From Ruditapes philippinarum (lineage: Eukaryota): a DNA stretch of 64,000 nt. The stretch spans positions 62,001-126,000 of the forward strand of contig NW_026852181.1 in the NCBI RefSeq assembly GCF_026571515.1, in the 5' to 3' direction. The notes under the pieces are model-generated. The model was given only the letters and a program-made list of their open reading frames with translations, searched no databases and was not told the DNA's origin. Shown piece after piece: positions 27,047-39,048 of the stretch. How positions within the stretch are numbered: position 1 is the first letter of the stretch; every line of letters begins with the position of its first letter. The position numbers were made by a program, and so were the translations under genes.

Positions 27047-28859
27047 GAGGTCACACGTGTATTGTCTTTATAGACCATTTTACTCATACTCGAAGTAAGC
27101 CCATGTTCCACAGCGAATCCACTGCCTATTTATATCTATGTAGAATTATAATATCTTATAATTATCTGGATGGCAATAATGACTTTCTTTAATGACGCAC
27201 ACTTATGTCCTTTCAACTGTACCATGACTGCTAGAGAACCTGCACCTGCAATGAACGTGTCTTAGAAAATTATTTGGCAGAATGATAATGTATGGTACAT
27301 AGGAATAACTTTTAATACGATTTTGTTACTTTTTCTTACATTGTTAGCAAAAGATGATTACATTTCAACATTTCATAATTACAAAACATTGTAAATGTGT
27401 CCTAGTTGTTACATTAATTTCAACACTAAGTAATCGTTTTGTTAAAATTCAACCGCTACGATCTGATAAATATTATCTTATACGTAACGAAACTTATATA
27501 AATCCTTATAATATATTGAACAATGTTAGTTTTATAATGCGGTGACATTTTGCTATAACGAATGGCGCAACAAAAATGCCAAACGGAACACGAAGCTAGT
27601 TAAGCTGAAATAATAGCTTTGATTATAACAACATAATGATGTTTGTATCACAACATGTGCATTTTTACATGATAACAGCAAATACAATTTATTCGGGAAA
27701 CACAAGTTTATTGTTTTGATATAACTCATCAGCGAATCTATTTTAAGAATACTTCGAAATAACAATTAAAATCCATTGGTTGGTCTTTTAACATATTAAA
27801 CAATTTGGTCGGAACACACAATTTATAGTTTTTGTGCCACTTACATTTGTATCGGCGAGACTATTTTAAGAACATAATAATAATTATCATTTTACAACAA
27901 AACGTCTTAGGTCAGTCTTTTAACATGATATAATTATCCATATCTGTAAATATAAACAAAATATTGATCTGGATACAATTTTAAGAATGTTTTATGTTTG
28001 CGTGTTGTTTTTTCTTTTTTCTATTGTATCACATTTATTTAGAGCTCTCTGTTCAGGACATTGTCAAACAGTTCAACTGATGCTCAACGGGGAATACAAA
28101 AATGACATTCAAATTAGAGTATTCACACGCTTGTAACGATTTTAATGCCGAGCATTAATAAAAACAAACTTTCATAGAATGCAGAAAAAAACCCAGAGGA
28201 AACAATAGAAGGAAAATTCCCGATCGACAAAAACATTTGTTAAGATACTCATTCGTGAAATCTGAAAGACTGGGGGTTTAACTGGAATTCTTAATTATAC
28301 GTTTATTATTGCATGTGCATTTTTTTACAGGACAGCAGCTTACATTGGCAAGACATTACGATCACAAACTTATGAGCAAACGTTAAAATCAACACCGATT
28401 TATTTATTTCATTCTGTCTGTGTATGCCTTAATATCTGAAAAAGTGCATCCTGAGCAAACTCAATAATTTATGAACAGGATTCTTTGACGTTCGATATGA
28501 AATGAAAACAAATTACAAAACCAAGATATGTGTCTTCTTAAAGTCTAAAAACATACCAATTTCTACTGTCTTTGTGTTTTTTTTAAATAGTCTCGTTTAT
28601 ATAATAAACGTTTGAGATAACATTTAAGTAAAATAATCTTCAAACATGAAGGTATAAAGCATTCTGATTGTTATTGCGTCGTAACTGACCATTGCTTTTT
28701 ATCCTACGTTTGTTCCAATTTCGCTCAAAAGAGAGACACATATTCCTTTACGGCAATTTCGCGCCTTGGCGATTTCATTTGCCATAATCAATTGTATTAA
28801 ACAGATTTCCTGTCTGCAACCTAGCTAATTAGTTTAAATATGTATATTTTGTGAAAAAA

Positions 28860-29124
28860 ATTTATGATTACCCGTCATAAAAGAGATAGTAAAAAAAGCT
28901 TGCCAATGTAATATTTCCTTAGTTCAAAAAGGCCAAAATTATGTAAAAAAATTAATGTAAGAGTAATGGGCTTTAGACAGTGAACTTTGATTATGTTCTC
29001 AATAAAGTGTGTGAAATTGTAACATTTCCCTTTTAGTTGTTATGGAAATATTAACGCGCACGCAAAACCTTAGCCAAAGAGTGAGTAGAATAGCTATCCA
29101 TTTTCATCGGAATGTCGAACTAAA
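28860..29124 (-). mobile_element. Short degraded HINE-like element
   Basis: Minus strand starts TTTTAGTTCGACATTCCGATGAAAATGGATAGCTATTCTACTCAC (T-run plus terminal hairpin). Absent from copy A. Confidence 0.45.
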
Positions 29125-32100
29125 ATGTTGGCCGTTTGTTACAGTCCTTTATTATTCATTACAGTTATTTGTTTGAACTTTATTTACATTGAAGTTCAAA
29201 TTTTTATAAAATGTGCACAAAACTGTTACACTTATTTTTGAATTATTACACAATTAATTTAAAGAAAGCACATATACGGATACAGTTTGCCCTTGATGCA
29301 TATCCTATAGGTTAACTGCATACCGTCGACATCATTAATGGACTGGTCAACTAAAATGGCTATTATACATTTAAATAGTTTATTTCGTATATCAGCAGGT
29401 CTTTTCAATTGATATCAGTGCAATGCTGTTAATAATACTGCTGTTTTGTAACGTCAGTTGTCATTGGATATTTGCGACTTTTATTTAACATATTTAAGCA
29501 GATTCTGTAAAAGAAAGACATTTAGCAGGATTTTTATTTCGTAATAAATTATGTTTAAAGGTTATATGACAGTTTATAAAAATTGCGTAATGTCACATGT
29601 AAAAAAAGATTATAACCGTTTATACTTGTCCGAAAACAGTATCAAATTTATTTTACAATATACTACTCACGGCAAATGCAAGAATATATTTATAGGAAAA
29701 TGCAAGAATATATCTCTAACAACTGTGCCCCAATACAATAACCATATGGCTTGTCGAGATGGAACTCAGACATGGTAAGCAAAAGAAATGGCTATCATTA
29801 TTTCTGTTTGAAATATGACCTCGAACATTTGCAAACTGACAACACTATAATATACTTACAATAATAGAAAAATGTCCTTTGAGAATAGCCAAATAGAACG
29901 TTCAGAAAGTATTGTCAGTTTTGGTTATGTTTTCATACAGAGGTTTAAATGGAAACGTCAATGAGACAGGTTCGTGCCATTCCATGAAAGCAGCGTATGA
30001 TCCCAAAGTAAAGGAGTACGTGTGTCCTAAACGAGAAAACTATTTGAACAAATCTTATCGAACTTTCAGGAGATCTCAAATTTATTAAGGAGGCAACATA
30101 CCAGTATGGTTAAACAGTACTGCTTGAATACTGAAATCATTCTCATCATGCTAACCAAAAACTAGTATGAGACATTTAGTTAATCAACTTCTTTACCTGA
30201 TGGTTATGAGATTTTTTGCGTTCGTTGGATAAAATGTTTCATGTCACATTCATTATTGTATGCATGACTTACTTAACCCTTCAAACAGCTATATTAGCCA
30301 AATTAATTTGTATAAAATACAGTTTGAACATCTCGACTGTTATTTACAAAAATCACGGACTTACTACAATTTAAAAGAAGTTCTGCTGCGTGGTTTAAAA
30401 TGTAAACAAAAACGCAGGGTGTAATCTTTGATAATGTCTAACAAAGCTATATATTTGACATTCAAAGGAAAATAAAGTATATTTCGGTCAAATATGATTA
30501 CAAATATGTTTGACTATCGGTTATATGTATAAGTTAGTCGACAATTCCAAGCTTAAAACTGATTTTTGTTAAATTGTCTTACCGCAGACCAGACCGAAAT
30601 ACCGCATAATGTTTTGGGTATTCTTACTGTTGCCCCTACGTTTATCGCTTAAATAATTCATGACTGTCTAAAATATTTACTAGAAATAAAACATAAATAA
30701 AGAATGAAGACTATGATTACAATTTATCAATAAAATAATTATGTGTTATGAATGAATGATTAACGAAAAGAACTGTTTATATGCAATTTCTGTAACTATG
30801 ATAGATGAACAGCAAAATTGGAGCAATCTTGTACTACTTTGAAGAAAAACTTGAATATATTTTAAAAAAAAACCCCCTTTCATTTTTTTAATTTTAAATA
30901 TATTCATTTTTCTAAAAATTTCACGTCATGATGTATCGACACTGTTCCCCTTTCGTTAATTTTTTTTAAAAAGTCGTATTTGTTACCGACTGTTTTTCCT
31001 TACAAATTTATATTAAATTTAAAAACCTTTTCCCTAATATATCATCCATCTGATAATATTACCCCGGGAGTCAAATTTGAACCCATTCCCCTAATTTAAA
31101 TGTGCCCCTTATAAAAAAGTGTCGCCAGACTTTAAAATAATCAAAAATTTGATAAAAGTTGGCTATTTCCCATAGGAACAACGGAGGGAAAAGTAAATCC
31201 CTGGGGATTATACATAAATTTTTTAAACGTCCCTTTTTTTGCCAAATTTTTGTTTTATTTGTTTGTTTACCTGAAATTTATATCTTATTATTTTGCGACA
31301 GTTTTGAAACAATTAAAGGGAAAATTCATGGACGTTTTTTTTCCCAAAGATCTTTTTTTAAATTTTTGCCCAAAAGAATAAGAAATAATCAAAATTTTAT
31401 AGGGTTTTTAAGGTATTTTCAATAATTTCTGTATTTACTGTATATAGTTTGTTATTTAAATTGATATTTTTTTGTTTTTTCATACTTTTGCTTTTTATAA
31501 GTTTTTAAAAAGAATTGTCTGTTTAATGTGGTTTTAAAAAAATGGTTCACTTTTTGTGAAACACCCAGGCCCGTTTAGAACCATACCCTTAAAGTTTTTT
31601 TTTAAGATAAATCCCCACAAAAAAATTATATCATATATTTTTGTTTGAAGAAATGCTAGTTTTATATATGACTTTGCATGGAAAACTAAAAACTATCATA
31701 TGCAAGTTGACCGGTTTTACTTCGGCCGAGTAACTTTTCGTAAAGATACTTCTTGTTTCTCTATACAAACAACGATATTCTCAATGTGTATAATAAAAAC
31801 AGCACAGTTATAACAGTTTTTCGATTTCTTCAAAAAACAAATGGTTCAAGCTGCAGTTCAAACTATCATAGAAACAGACATTTATTTGATAGCAATTACA
31901 GCATGGATCTGAATTATATAACTTACACTAATGCTGTTTAGTTAATGAGATCTTATCAACGATCAAACGTTAATGTAGAATAATAGCGGCAATTATGTGA
32001 GATACTCTTTAGTTTTGATTATTACTCAGATCCATTTACTTTGACTATCTAGAAAATCTAGAAAATAAAACACGTTAAGCAATAATCAATCAAAAGCATC

Positions 32101-34323
32101 ATTCGGAATTTCATTTCCTAAAAAGAAAAAAAAACATTAGGTTTGGACTATATTCCGTTACATTGAACGTGACATCAAAACTGAAAGTTTTTATTCAAAA
32201 AAGGTTATCTTTATTCATCAAATATGATAATTATGCTTCTTGTTGACATGCCAGTGGTCATGTAGGCTATTTGGTCAAGAAATTGGCATTTTCAAAATTC
32301 CAAAAATACAATAAAGACAGGCGTGTGTGGAATTGGTAGTGTGTTCAAGCCGTATGGTCGAATCAAGTGTCTTTTACTTTTAGGCTGATGCATGATTTAC
32401 CGTCCTCAATAAAGTTGGCAACTAATCAAATTCATAGATTAAAATTATTGTTTTGATAATTTTCCTTGAAAATACTTTAGAACGCGCAATTTGCTCTTTT
32501 TAATCTGAACTTGTTTTTGTCTTCTGGGGGCTATGCCCCCACACCCCCTTTTATGGGCCTACAACTTGAAAAAAGCTGGCTACGCCCCTGCATGCTTCTC
32601 CCCACTGACAAATGAAAGGACAATCTGTTTAAACGGAAAAAGAAATCATACCAAAAAGTATTACAATATCCTTTGTGAAACTCAGAGATTATTTTTGAAA
32701 GAAGTAGCAACATCCATATGTAATTCAAACACAAGAGTTTCATTTTAAATAATATGAGAAATCTATATAGGCCAAACATAAACGATTGGGGCAAATGAAA
32801 TAAGTTATTGTATCCAACTTTAGAATATATGTTTTCCTACTTCTACTGTGCAAGCGAAAGCATTAATCCTATTATCAACAATTGTATTTTCAGTTATATG
32901 TTGTGATCATTTGCATTTTTTGCATATCTCTTATACAGCACAGCCAATAATATTATATTATATTTCAATATTATATTCGATTTTAATATTACTTATTCAG
33001 CATAATGTAAGAGTTCGAACTTGTTATCAACAAAGCTGATACAAAAGACATCCATCCTTGCATTGCGAATATATATCCCTATAAAAAGGTTTCAAAGTAC
33101 CAGAGGCGAAAACCATCTCTCATCGACCTTCAATTAAATTTTCTGAACTTTCGCTTGATGTGCTTGTATGTGCAAAAACTTGACAGTAATTGGTATTTCT
33201 TACAAATGAATATGAGTTCAAAGTCATAGAAATTCAGACAGACTTGACAAACCGTTGGTATCTACATTGTATATTTTAGGTTAAAAATAATGTATGATGT
33301 TATAGTCTGTGAAATAAATGTTTCTTTGGAATGAAATTTCTTTACAAATATTAATAATATCCATTATTCTACATTTCATGTTTTTAAAATGTTGAAAGTT
33401 ATGTTATCTTCTCTGGCATTCACATAATGAAGGCCGGGTCGTAATTTGCAAGTAACAATGTCTAACAGAATAATATACCCCGTTTGACATATATAATAAT
33501 CTCTTTAGTATTATGAAATACTATTGAAATAAATGTTCACGGTTGCTCATTGAATTCAATAAGTGTATCTACTGCCAAATATATTGATAACAAGCCCCGC
33601 AAAGAAAAGCTTGTTTCCTTTATAAAAAAATTTTTTCAAATTACAAATGAAAATTAAAAAATTAATCATTTTTATCAGCCATTTTCATTAATTGCTAAAC
33701 AATGGTTTTCAAAAATTATTACTTCCCCTTTTCCTTTTTTTGATTTAAAAAAATTAAAGGGAAATTAAAACGCTTTAAAAAAATTTGTATTAAAAATTTT
33801 GTTAAAATGAAAATTTTTTTCGGCGTCATAAACAACGGGTTCACATAATTAAAATAATTATTTAAAAAATGGGTTTTCCATACAAAAACTAAAGCACAAA
33901 ACGCTATGAATTTTGTCTTCTACGCAGAAAGCATTATTGTTTAAAATCATAGAAAAAAACCCCTTTAACTTGTGTTTTAAAATTTTAATAAATTTTTTTC
34001 GGAGGTGATAAGAAGTCAAATTTTATGTGGGAAATAAAATTCATGTTCTAAGACGTCAAAAAGTTCCCCTTTCCTCGTTTTTATGCGCATGCGTAAGAAA
34101 TGGTTGGTCAAAAATTATGTGCTAGGGGTTAAAATTTGTAGAAAAGTGTGTTTGTTGTTGCGTCTGCTATTAGATTTCCGACCATACCTAAAACAAAAGT
34201 CTGCCCTTATGGCAAGCAAAATTTTTCAACTAAAAAAAGGGAAATTTTTTAAGTTTAGAATTTTAAGTGCAAAGTGGTATTTTTTGGGTATATTAGGTAA
34301 GGGGTCATATAAAATTAACTTTG

Positions 34324-35352
34324 ATGACAAGAAAACGCAAAAAGTCGAAAACATCGCCTGGAGAAGAGAAATTAAATACTTCTAACAAAAGGCGCGAAAA
34401 TAAACAAAGACAAACAAAGGACAACATGGATAACGATAAAGGTCAGAAATTATGCTCAGATAGCTCAGAAAGTGAGATAAATTCTCCGCACACCTCACAG
34501 TATGGTAATACAGGTGTGGGGTATATGAATTCACCTAGCATGAACATAGCGGCTGGCCCATATCAGACCTGGGGATTGATAAATCCGGGACTGATCCAAA
34601 CTCCACAGACACCGTCCAGCCCTTTGGGGGCAATAAGTAGTGATATAGTTTCAGTTCTCTTGCAAAGATTAGACAGCATGGACAGTAAATTAGCCAAATT
34701 AGAAACTATACAAACAAGTGTGAACTCATTGAATTTACGCATTCAAAACATGGATAAAAAAATTAACGATCTCGAAAGAAAAGTTCTCGATATTGAGAGA
34801 AGTCGAGAATTCGACAGCCAAACATTTTCAGAAATAAGTAAACAACAAAAAGGTTTGGATACTTACATGAAAAAAATGGAAAAGTTCGAAAAAGATCATA
34901 AAGAAATGGAAAACGCATTAAAGGCAGAAATAATAGACCTTAAATCCCGCAGTATGCGCGACAATTTACTATTTCATAAGCTACCGGAAGAGAAAGACGA
35001 AAACTGCGAGGAAAAAATTATACATTTCATTCAAGATAAATTGAAGATCGATAACGCCATTGAGACGATACGGCTTCAGAGGGCTCACCGGGTAGGTCCC
35101 TTTAAGGCGGGCAAGATTCGACCGATAGTAGCCAAGTTCACGGAGTTTCACGATCGTGAAAAAGTCCGACGAGCAGCGAAAGAACTAAAAGGATCAAACT
35201 TCGGGATTTCAGAGCAGTTTCCTAAGGAGATCGTGGAGCAGCGAAGGAAACTTATTCCTATCATGCTACAAGCTAGGAAGGATGGCAAAGAGGCTTACCT
35301 CAAAGTTGACAAGCTCTATATAAACAATCAGCTATATCGCGGATCTACATAG
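34324..35352 (+). CDS. LINE ORF1p, L1-type (coiled coil + RRM + CTD), 342 aa
   Basis: Basic N-terminus, heptad-rich region, RSMRDNLLFHKLPE, RAHRVG..RPIVAKF, ISEQFPKEIVEQRRKL and DKLYINN, as in L1 ORF1p/Transposase_22-like proteins. Confidence 0.9.
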   Translation: MTRKRKKSKTSPGEEKLNTSNKRRENKQRQTKDNMDNDKGQKLCSDSSESEINSPHTSQYGNTGVGYMNSPSMNIAAGPYQTWGLINPGLIQTPQTPSSPLGAISSDIVSVLLQRLDSMDSKLAKLETIQTSVNSLNLRIQNMDKKINDLERKVLDIERSREFDSQTFSEISKQQKGLDTYMKKMEKFEKDHKEMENALKAEIIDLKSRSMRDNLLFHKLPEEKDENCEEKIIHFIQDKLKIDNAIETIRLQRAHRVGPFKAGKIRPIVAKFTEFHDREKVRRAAKELKGSNFGISEQFPKEIVEQRRKLIPIMLQARKDGKEAYLKVDKLYINNQLYRGST

Positions 35353-38300
35353 GACTCTTGTGAGAATGTTCTTAAGTGTCTTTCGTGGAACATAGAAGGA
35401 CTAACCCATGAGAAAACAACATCACAAGATTTTTTGAATATTGTGTGTGAGTATGAAATAATATGTCTTAGTGAATCATGGACAAATAAAAACTCCAATA
35501 TTGATATTCACGGTTACTCAAATCCTATTCATTCTTATCGAAAAATTCAACATAGGCGAGCAAAAAGATCGAGTGGTGGTTTAATTGTTTACATTAAGAA
35601 CAATATTCGAAACGGAGTCACATTAATACAAAATACAATAGACTGTATTATCTGGCTAAAGTTAGATAAATATTTTTTCAATATTGAAGACGATTATTAT
35701 ATATGTTTTACTTATATTGCTCCGGAATCTTCTCCGGTTCATAATGTGTATAATGTTGATATTTTCACTCAACTCGAACAAGATATAATTTTTTTTAGTG
35801 ATCGTGGGAAAATATTTTTGTCTGGTGACCTAAATAGTAGAATTAGTAGTAAAGCAGATTTCATTCAATTTGATCGTAATATAGAGGCGAATGACGTAAT
35901 TACCGTCGACACTTTCCTGCCTCGTTCCACGCAAGATAGGTCAACCAATCGTTTTGGGGATAGCTTGCTAGATCTTTGCAAAGCAACCTATCAACGCATT
36001 GTTAACGGTAGATGGCCAGGTGATCGTGGGAATTTTACCTGCGTGACCTACAATGGGGCTAGTGTAGTTGATTATTTATTGACAAGTCAAAATAACTTTG
36101 ACCTCATTGCCAATTTCGCGGTTAAAGAGTTCACTACTTATTCTAACCATGCACCCCTATCTTTCTCTTTTAAAATAAACTCTAAATTTAGTAATGACAG
36201 CTGTAGTTATAAGGAAAAGTCATACTATAAGTTTGATGATAGATACAGGGAATTGTTTACACTCGATTTAACTAATAACATACAGTCTTTATTAAATATC
36301 TTAAATACAGAAATAAGCGGAGACGGAGATTTTGATACGCTTACTTCTATGTTTACGGACTTTCTGTGTACGCACGGCGACAAGTATTTTAAAAGATCAT
36401 CTCACGAAACGTCAAATATCTGTAATCAAGTACGTAAAAAGAATGAAGAATGGTTTGATCATGTATGTCGGACTAAATATGACACATATAAAAAAGCAGT
36501 TACGCAATTTAACCTAACGTTTTCGGATGCGGATAGGGTTTCAATGTATAACGCAAAAAAGGATTATAAATACCAATGCCGAAAATCTAAAAATTCTTTT
36601 AATTATGCACAAGGCCGAAAAATGAACCAATTACGAAAAAAATCTCCCAGGGAATTCTGGAAAACGTTTAAACATAATAAAACAAGTAAATCTGGGGAAA
36701 ATATATCTAATCAAGAATTTAATGACTACTTTAAAAATCTTATGGGCGGGGATGTTCAGTGTGATGATGAAGGATTTGTACGGAATTTGAGGGATTTTGA
36801 TACCGATTTAAATCGACAAGGCAATAATGAGTTGTTGGACTTGCCAATATCTGATGACGAAATTTTTAAAGCAATAAACAAGTTAGGGTCAAATAAATCA
36901 CCTTCAATTGATAATATTTTATATGAGTATTTTAAGGTAGCTGCCCCTCTTCTAGTTAATCCTTTGAATTTATTTTTTAATCAGATTTTAAATTCTGGCA
37001 AGTTCCCTCGTGCTTGGTCCACTGGAGTAATTATACCTATATATAAAAAAGGGAACCAGTCTGATCCAAATAACTACAGGGGCATCGCTATAACCAGTTG
37101 TTTTGCAAAACTATTTACTGTTTTACTAAATGAAAGATTAAAAACATGGGTAGAAGTGAACAACGTTTTAACTGATGCCCAATTTGGCTTTAGGAATAAA
37201 TATAGTACTGTAGATCCTGTTTTTATTTTAAACGCATTAATTCAAAAGCAACTTCTGAACAAAAATAAACTGTACTGTTGTTTTGTAGATTATAAAAAAG
37301 CTTATGACTCTATCGAGAGAAGTAGGCTATGGTATAAATTTATAAAACTAGGAATAGATGGTAAATTTCTGTCGGTATTAAGATCAATGTACAGCGAAGT
37401 GAAACTTTGTGTAAAACATTTAGGGAGCCTATCTGACTTTTTCAAAAGTAATTTAGGTTTGTTCCAAGGAGAAATAACTTCGCCGATTTGCTTCTCTTTA
37501 TTTTTAAATGATATAGAAATGCAATTACAGGAAAATATTGACGCTGGAATAAATATTGATCAAATTGCGATATATTTGCTCCTATTCGCTGATGACGCGG
37601 TAATCGTCTCTGAAACAAGTACGGGGTTACAGAAATCACTAGATAGTTTATATTCTTATTGTTGTAAATGGAACCTTACAGTTAACATAGAAAAAACTAA
37701 AGTTATAGTGTTTAGGAAAGGGGGGAAGTTAAGAAGAAACGACAAATGGTATTATAATAATCATGAAATAGAAATAGTCAAGTCTTTTAATTACCTAGGG
37801 GTTGTATTCTCCAGTGGAGGGTCTTTTATGCAAGCAGCAAACACATTAGCCGGGAAAGGGTTGCGATCTCTACATTCTTTGTGGGCTATTGTTCGTAGTA
37901 TGAAAGTTCCAATAAATATATTGTTTAATCTTTTTGATTCGTATGTACTTTCTGTTTTAAATTATGGTGCAGAGGTATGGGGTTGTATAAATTCAGAGGT
38001 AATAGAAAGAGTACATAAGAAATTTTGTAAATGGATACTAAATGTTAAACAATCTACACATACTCTAGCTCTCTATAGTGAGTTAGGTAGATTTCCACTC
38101 TATATAGAAAGACATGTTAAAATGGTTAAATATTTTCTGATGATTAATACCGTCAAGTCTGAAAATTGCATACTTAAGACGGTTTTACAAGATCAAATCA
38201 AAAGTCTAGAGCTAAACGAATCAATAAAAAATTGGGTCTCATTTATACGCGATATCCTTCAGTCTTCTGGTCTAAGTGAAGTCTGGTTATATCCAGAATC

Positions 38301-38781
38301 CGTTAAAATAAATGTATTTGTTCCGGTCTTGCGTTGTAGGCTTAGAGATATATACATAAGTAATTGGAGAACGGGGTTGCAGATGTCAAGTTCCTTAAAT
38401 ATTTTCCGGGAGATAAAAGATACATTTGAACAGTCAAATTATATCAGACTATTAGAAAATACAAAATTTAGAAACGCACTGGCTAAATTACGTCTCTCAT
38501 CACATAAACTTAACATTGAAGTCGGCCGACACTACAATATTCCGCGCGATGAACGTAAATGTACACTATGTAATTTAAACGACCTAGAGGACGAATTTCA
38601 CTTTGTTTTAAAATGTACAGCTTATGTCGATTTAAGAAGGTTATATATACCCAGATATTATTATACCCACACAAATGTAATTAAGTATATATCATTAATG
38701 CAAAGTAGTAATAAGAAGATCTTAAAAAATTTGGCTCTATATTGTTTTAAAGCTTTCAAATTAAGGGATTCACTATTGTAA
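35353..38781 (+). CDS. LINE ORF2p: APE endonuclease + reverse transcriptase + C-terminal CCHC finger, 1142 open codons with no start ATG
   Basis: APE motifs SWNIEGL, LSESW, GDLNSR, VDY, SNH. RT motifs NYRGI, QFGFR, FVDYKKAYD, QGEITSP, LLFADD, YLG. C-terminal CTLC-x8-H-x4-C. Open from directly after the ORF1 stop. Confidence 0.95.
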   Translation, partial: DSCENVLKCLSWNIEGLTHEKTTSQDFLNIVCEYEIICLSESWTNKNSNIDIHGYSNPIHSYRKIQHRRAKRSSGGLIVYIKNNIRNGVTLIQNTIDCIIWLKLDKYFFNIEDDYYICFTYIAPESSPVHNVYNVDIFTQLEQDIIFFSDRGKIFLSGDLNSRISSKADFIQFDRNIEANDVITVDTFLPRSTQDRSTNRFGDSLLDLCKATYQRIVNGRWPGDRGNFTCVTYNGASVVDYLLTSQNNFDLIANFAVKEFTTYSNHAPLSFSFKINSKFSNDSCSYKEKSYYKFDDRYRELFTLDLTNNIQSLLNILNTEISGDGDFDTLTSMFTDFLCTHGDKYFKRSSHETSNICNQVRKKNEEWFDHVCRTKYDTYKKAVTQFNLTFSDADRVSMYNAKKDYKYQCRKSKNSFNYAQGRKMNQLRKKSPREFWKTFKHNKTSKSGENISNQEFNDYFKNLMGGDVQCDDEGFVRNLRDFDTDLNRQGNNELLDLPISDDEIFKAINKLGSNKSPSIDNILYEYFKVAAPLLVNPLNLFFNQILNSGKFPRAWSTGVIIPIYKKGNQSDPNNYRGIAITSCFAKLFTVLLNERLKTWVEVNNVLTDAQFGFRNKYSTVDPVFILNALIQKQLLNKNKLYCCFVDYKKAYDSIERSRLWYKFIKLGIDGKFLSVLRSMYSEVKLCVKHLGSLSDFFKSNLGLFQGEITSPICFSLFLNDIEMQLQENIDAGINIDQIAIYLLLFADDAVIVSETSTGLQKSLDSLYSYCCKWNLTVNIEKTKVIVFRKGGKLRRNDKWYYNNHEIEIVKSFNYLGVVFSSGGSFMQAANTLAGKGLRSLHSLWAIVRSMKVPINILFNLFDSYVLSVLNYGAEVWGCINSEVIERVHKKFCKWILNVKQSTHTLALYSELGRFPLYIERHVKMVKYFLMINTVKSENCILKTVLQDQIKSLELNESIKNWVSFIRDILQSSGLSEVWLYPESVKINVFVPVLRCRLRDIYISNWRTGLQMSSSLNIFREIKDTFEQSNYIRLLENTKFRNALAKLRLSSHKLNIEVGRHYNIPRDERKCTLCNLNDLEDEFHFVLKCTAYVDLRRLYIPRYYYTHTNVIKYISLMQSSNKKILKNLALYCFKAFKLRDSLL

Positions 38782-39023
38782 TAATATAAATGTCATTCTC
38801 AATCTTATATCATTATTTTTTTTGTTATTTTTTATTCCATGTAAATTTTGAGTATATATAAATATATTTCTTCCTTTGTTACATTCTCACGATATATGTG
38901 TTAAGGAAATAATAATTCATGTATTATATGTAAAATCTTCCATGTCATACCAATATATATATATGTTCTTTTTTCATTGTTAACGACGATGGGCTTGTAA
39001 TGCTTAAGTCAAATAAAATATTT

Positions 39024-39048
39024 GTTCTGTTCTGTTCTGTTCTGTTCT
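39024..39048 (+). repeat. (GTTCT)5 microsatellite forming the LINE 3' tail
   Basis: Read directly; starts just after AATAAA at 39012. Confidence 0.9.

Larger units (their letters stand above)
34085..39048 (+). mobile_element. Full-length-looking non-LTR retrotransposon (LINE; RTE group, RTEX-like by recalled motif style)
   Basis: Two long uninterrupted ORFs, ~240-nt 3' UTR, AATAAA at 39012 and a (GTTCT)5 tail. The 5' end is uncertain (low-quality sequence) and no TSD was identified. Clade needs an RT phylogeny. Confidence 0.93.

Noticed and set aside
32318-32590. Possible MITE ending GGCTACGCCCCTG
   Set aside because: Only one convincing terminus; the matching TIR and TSD could not be established.
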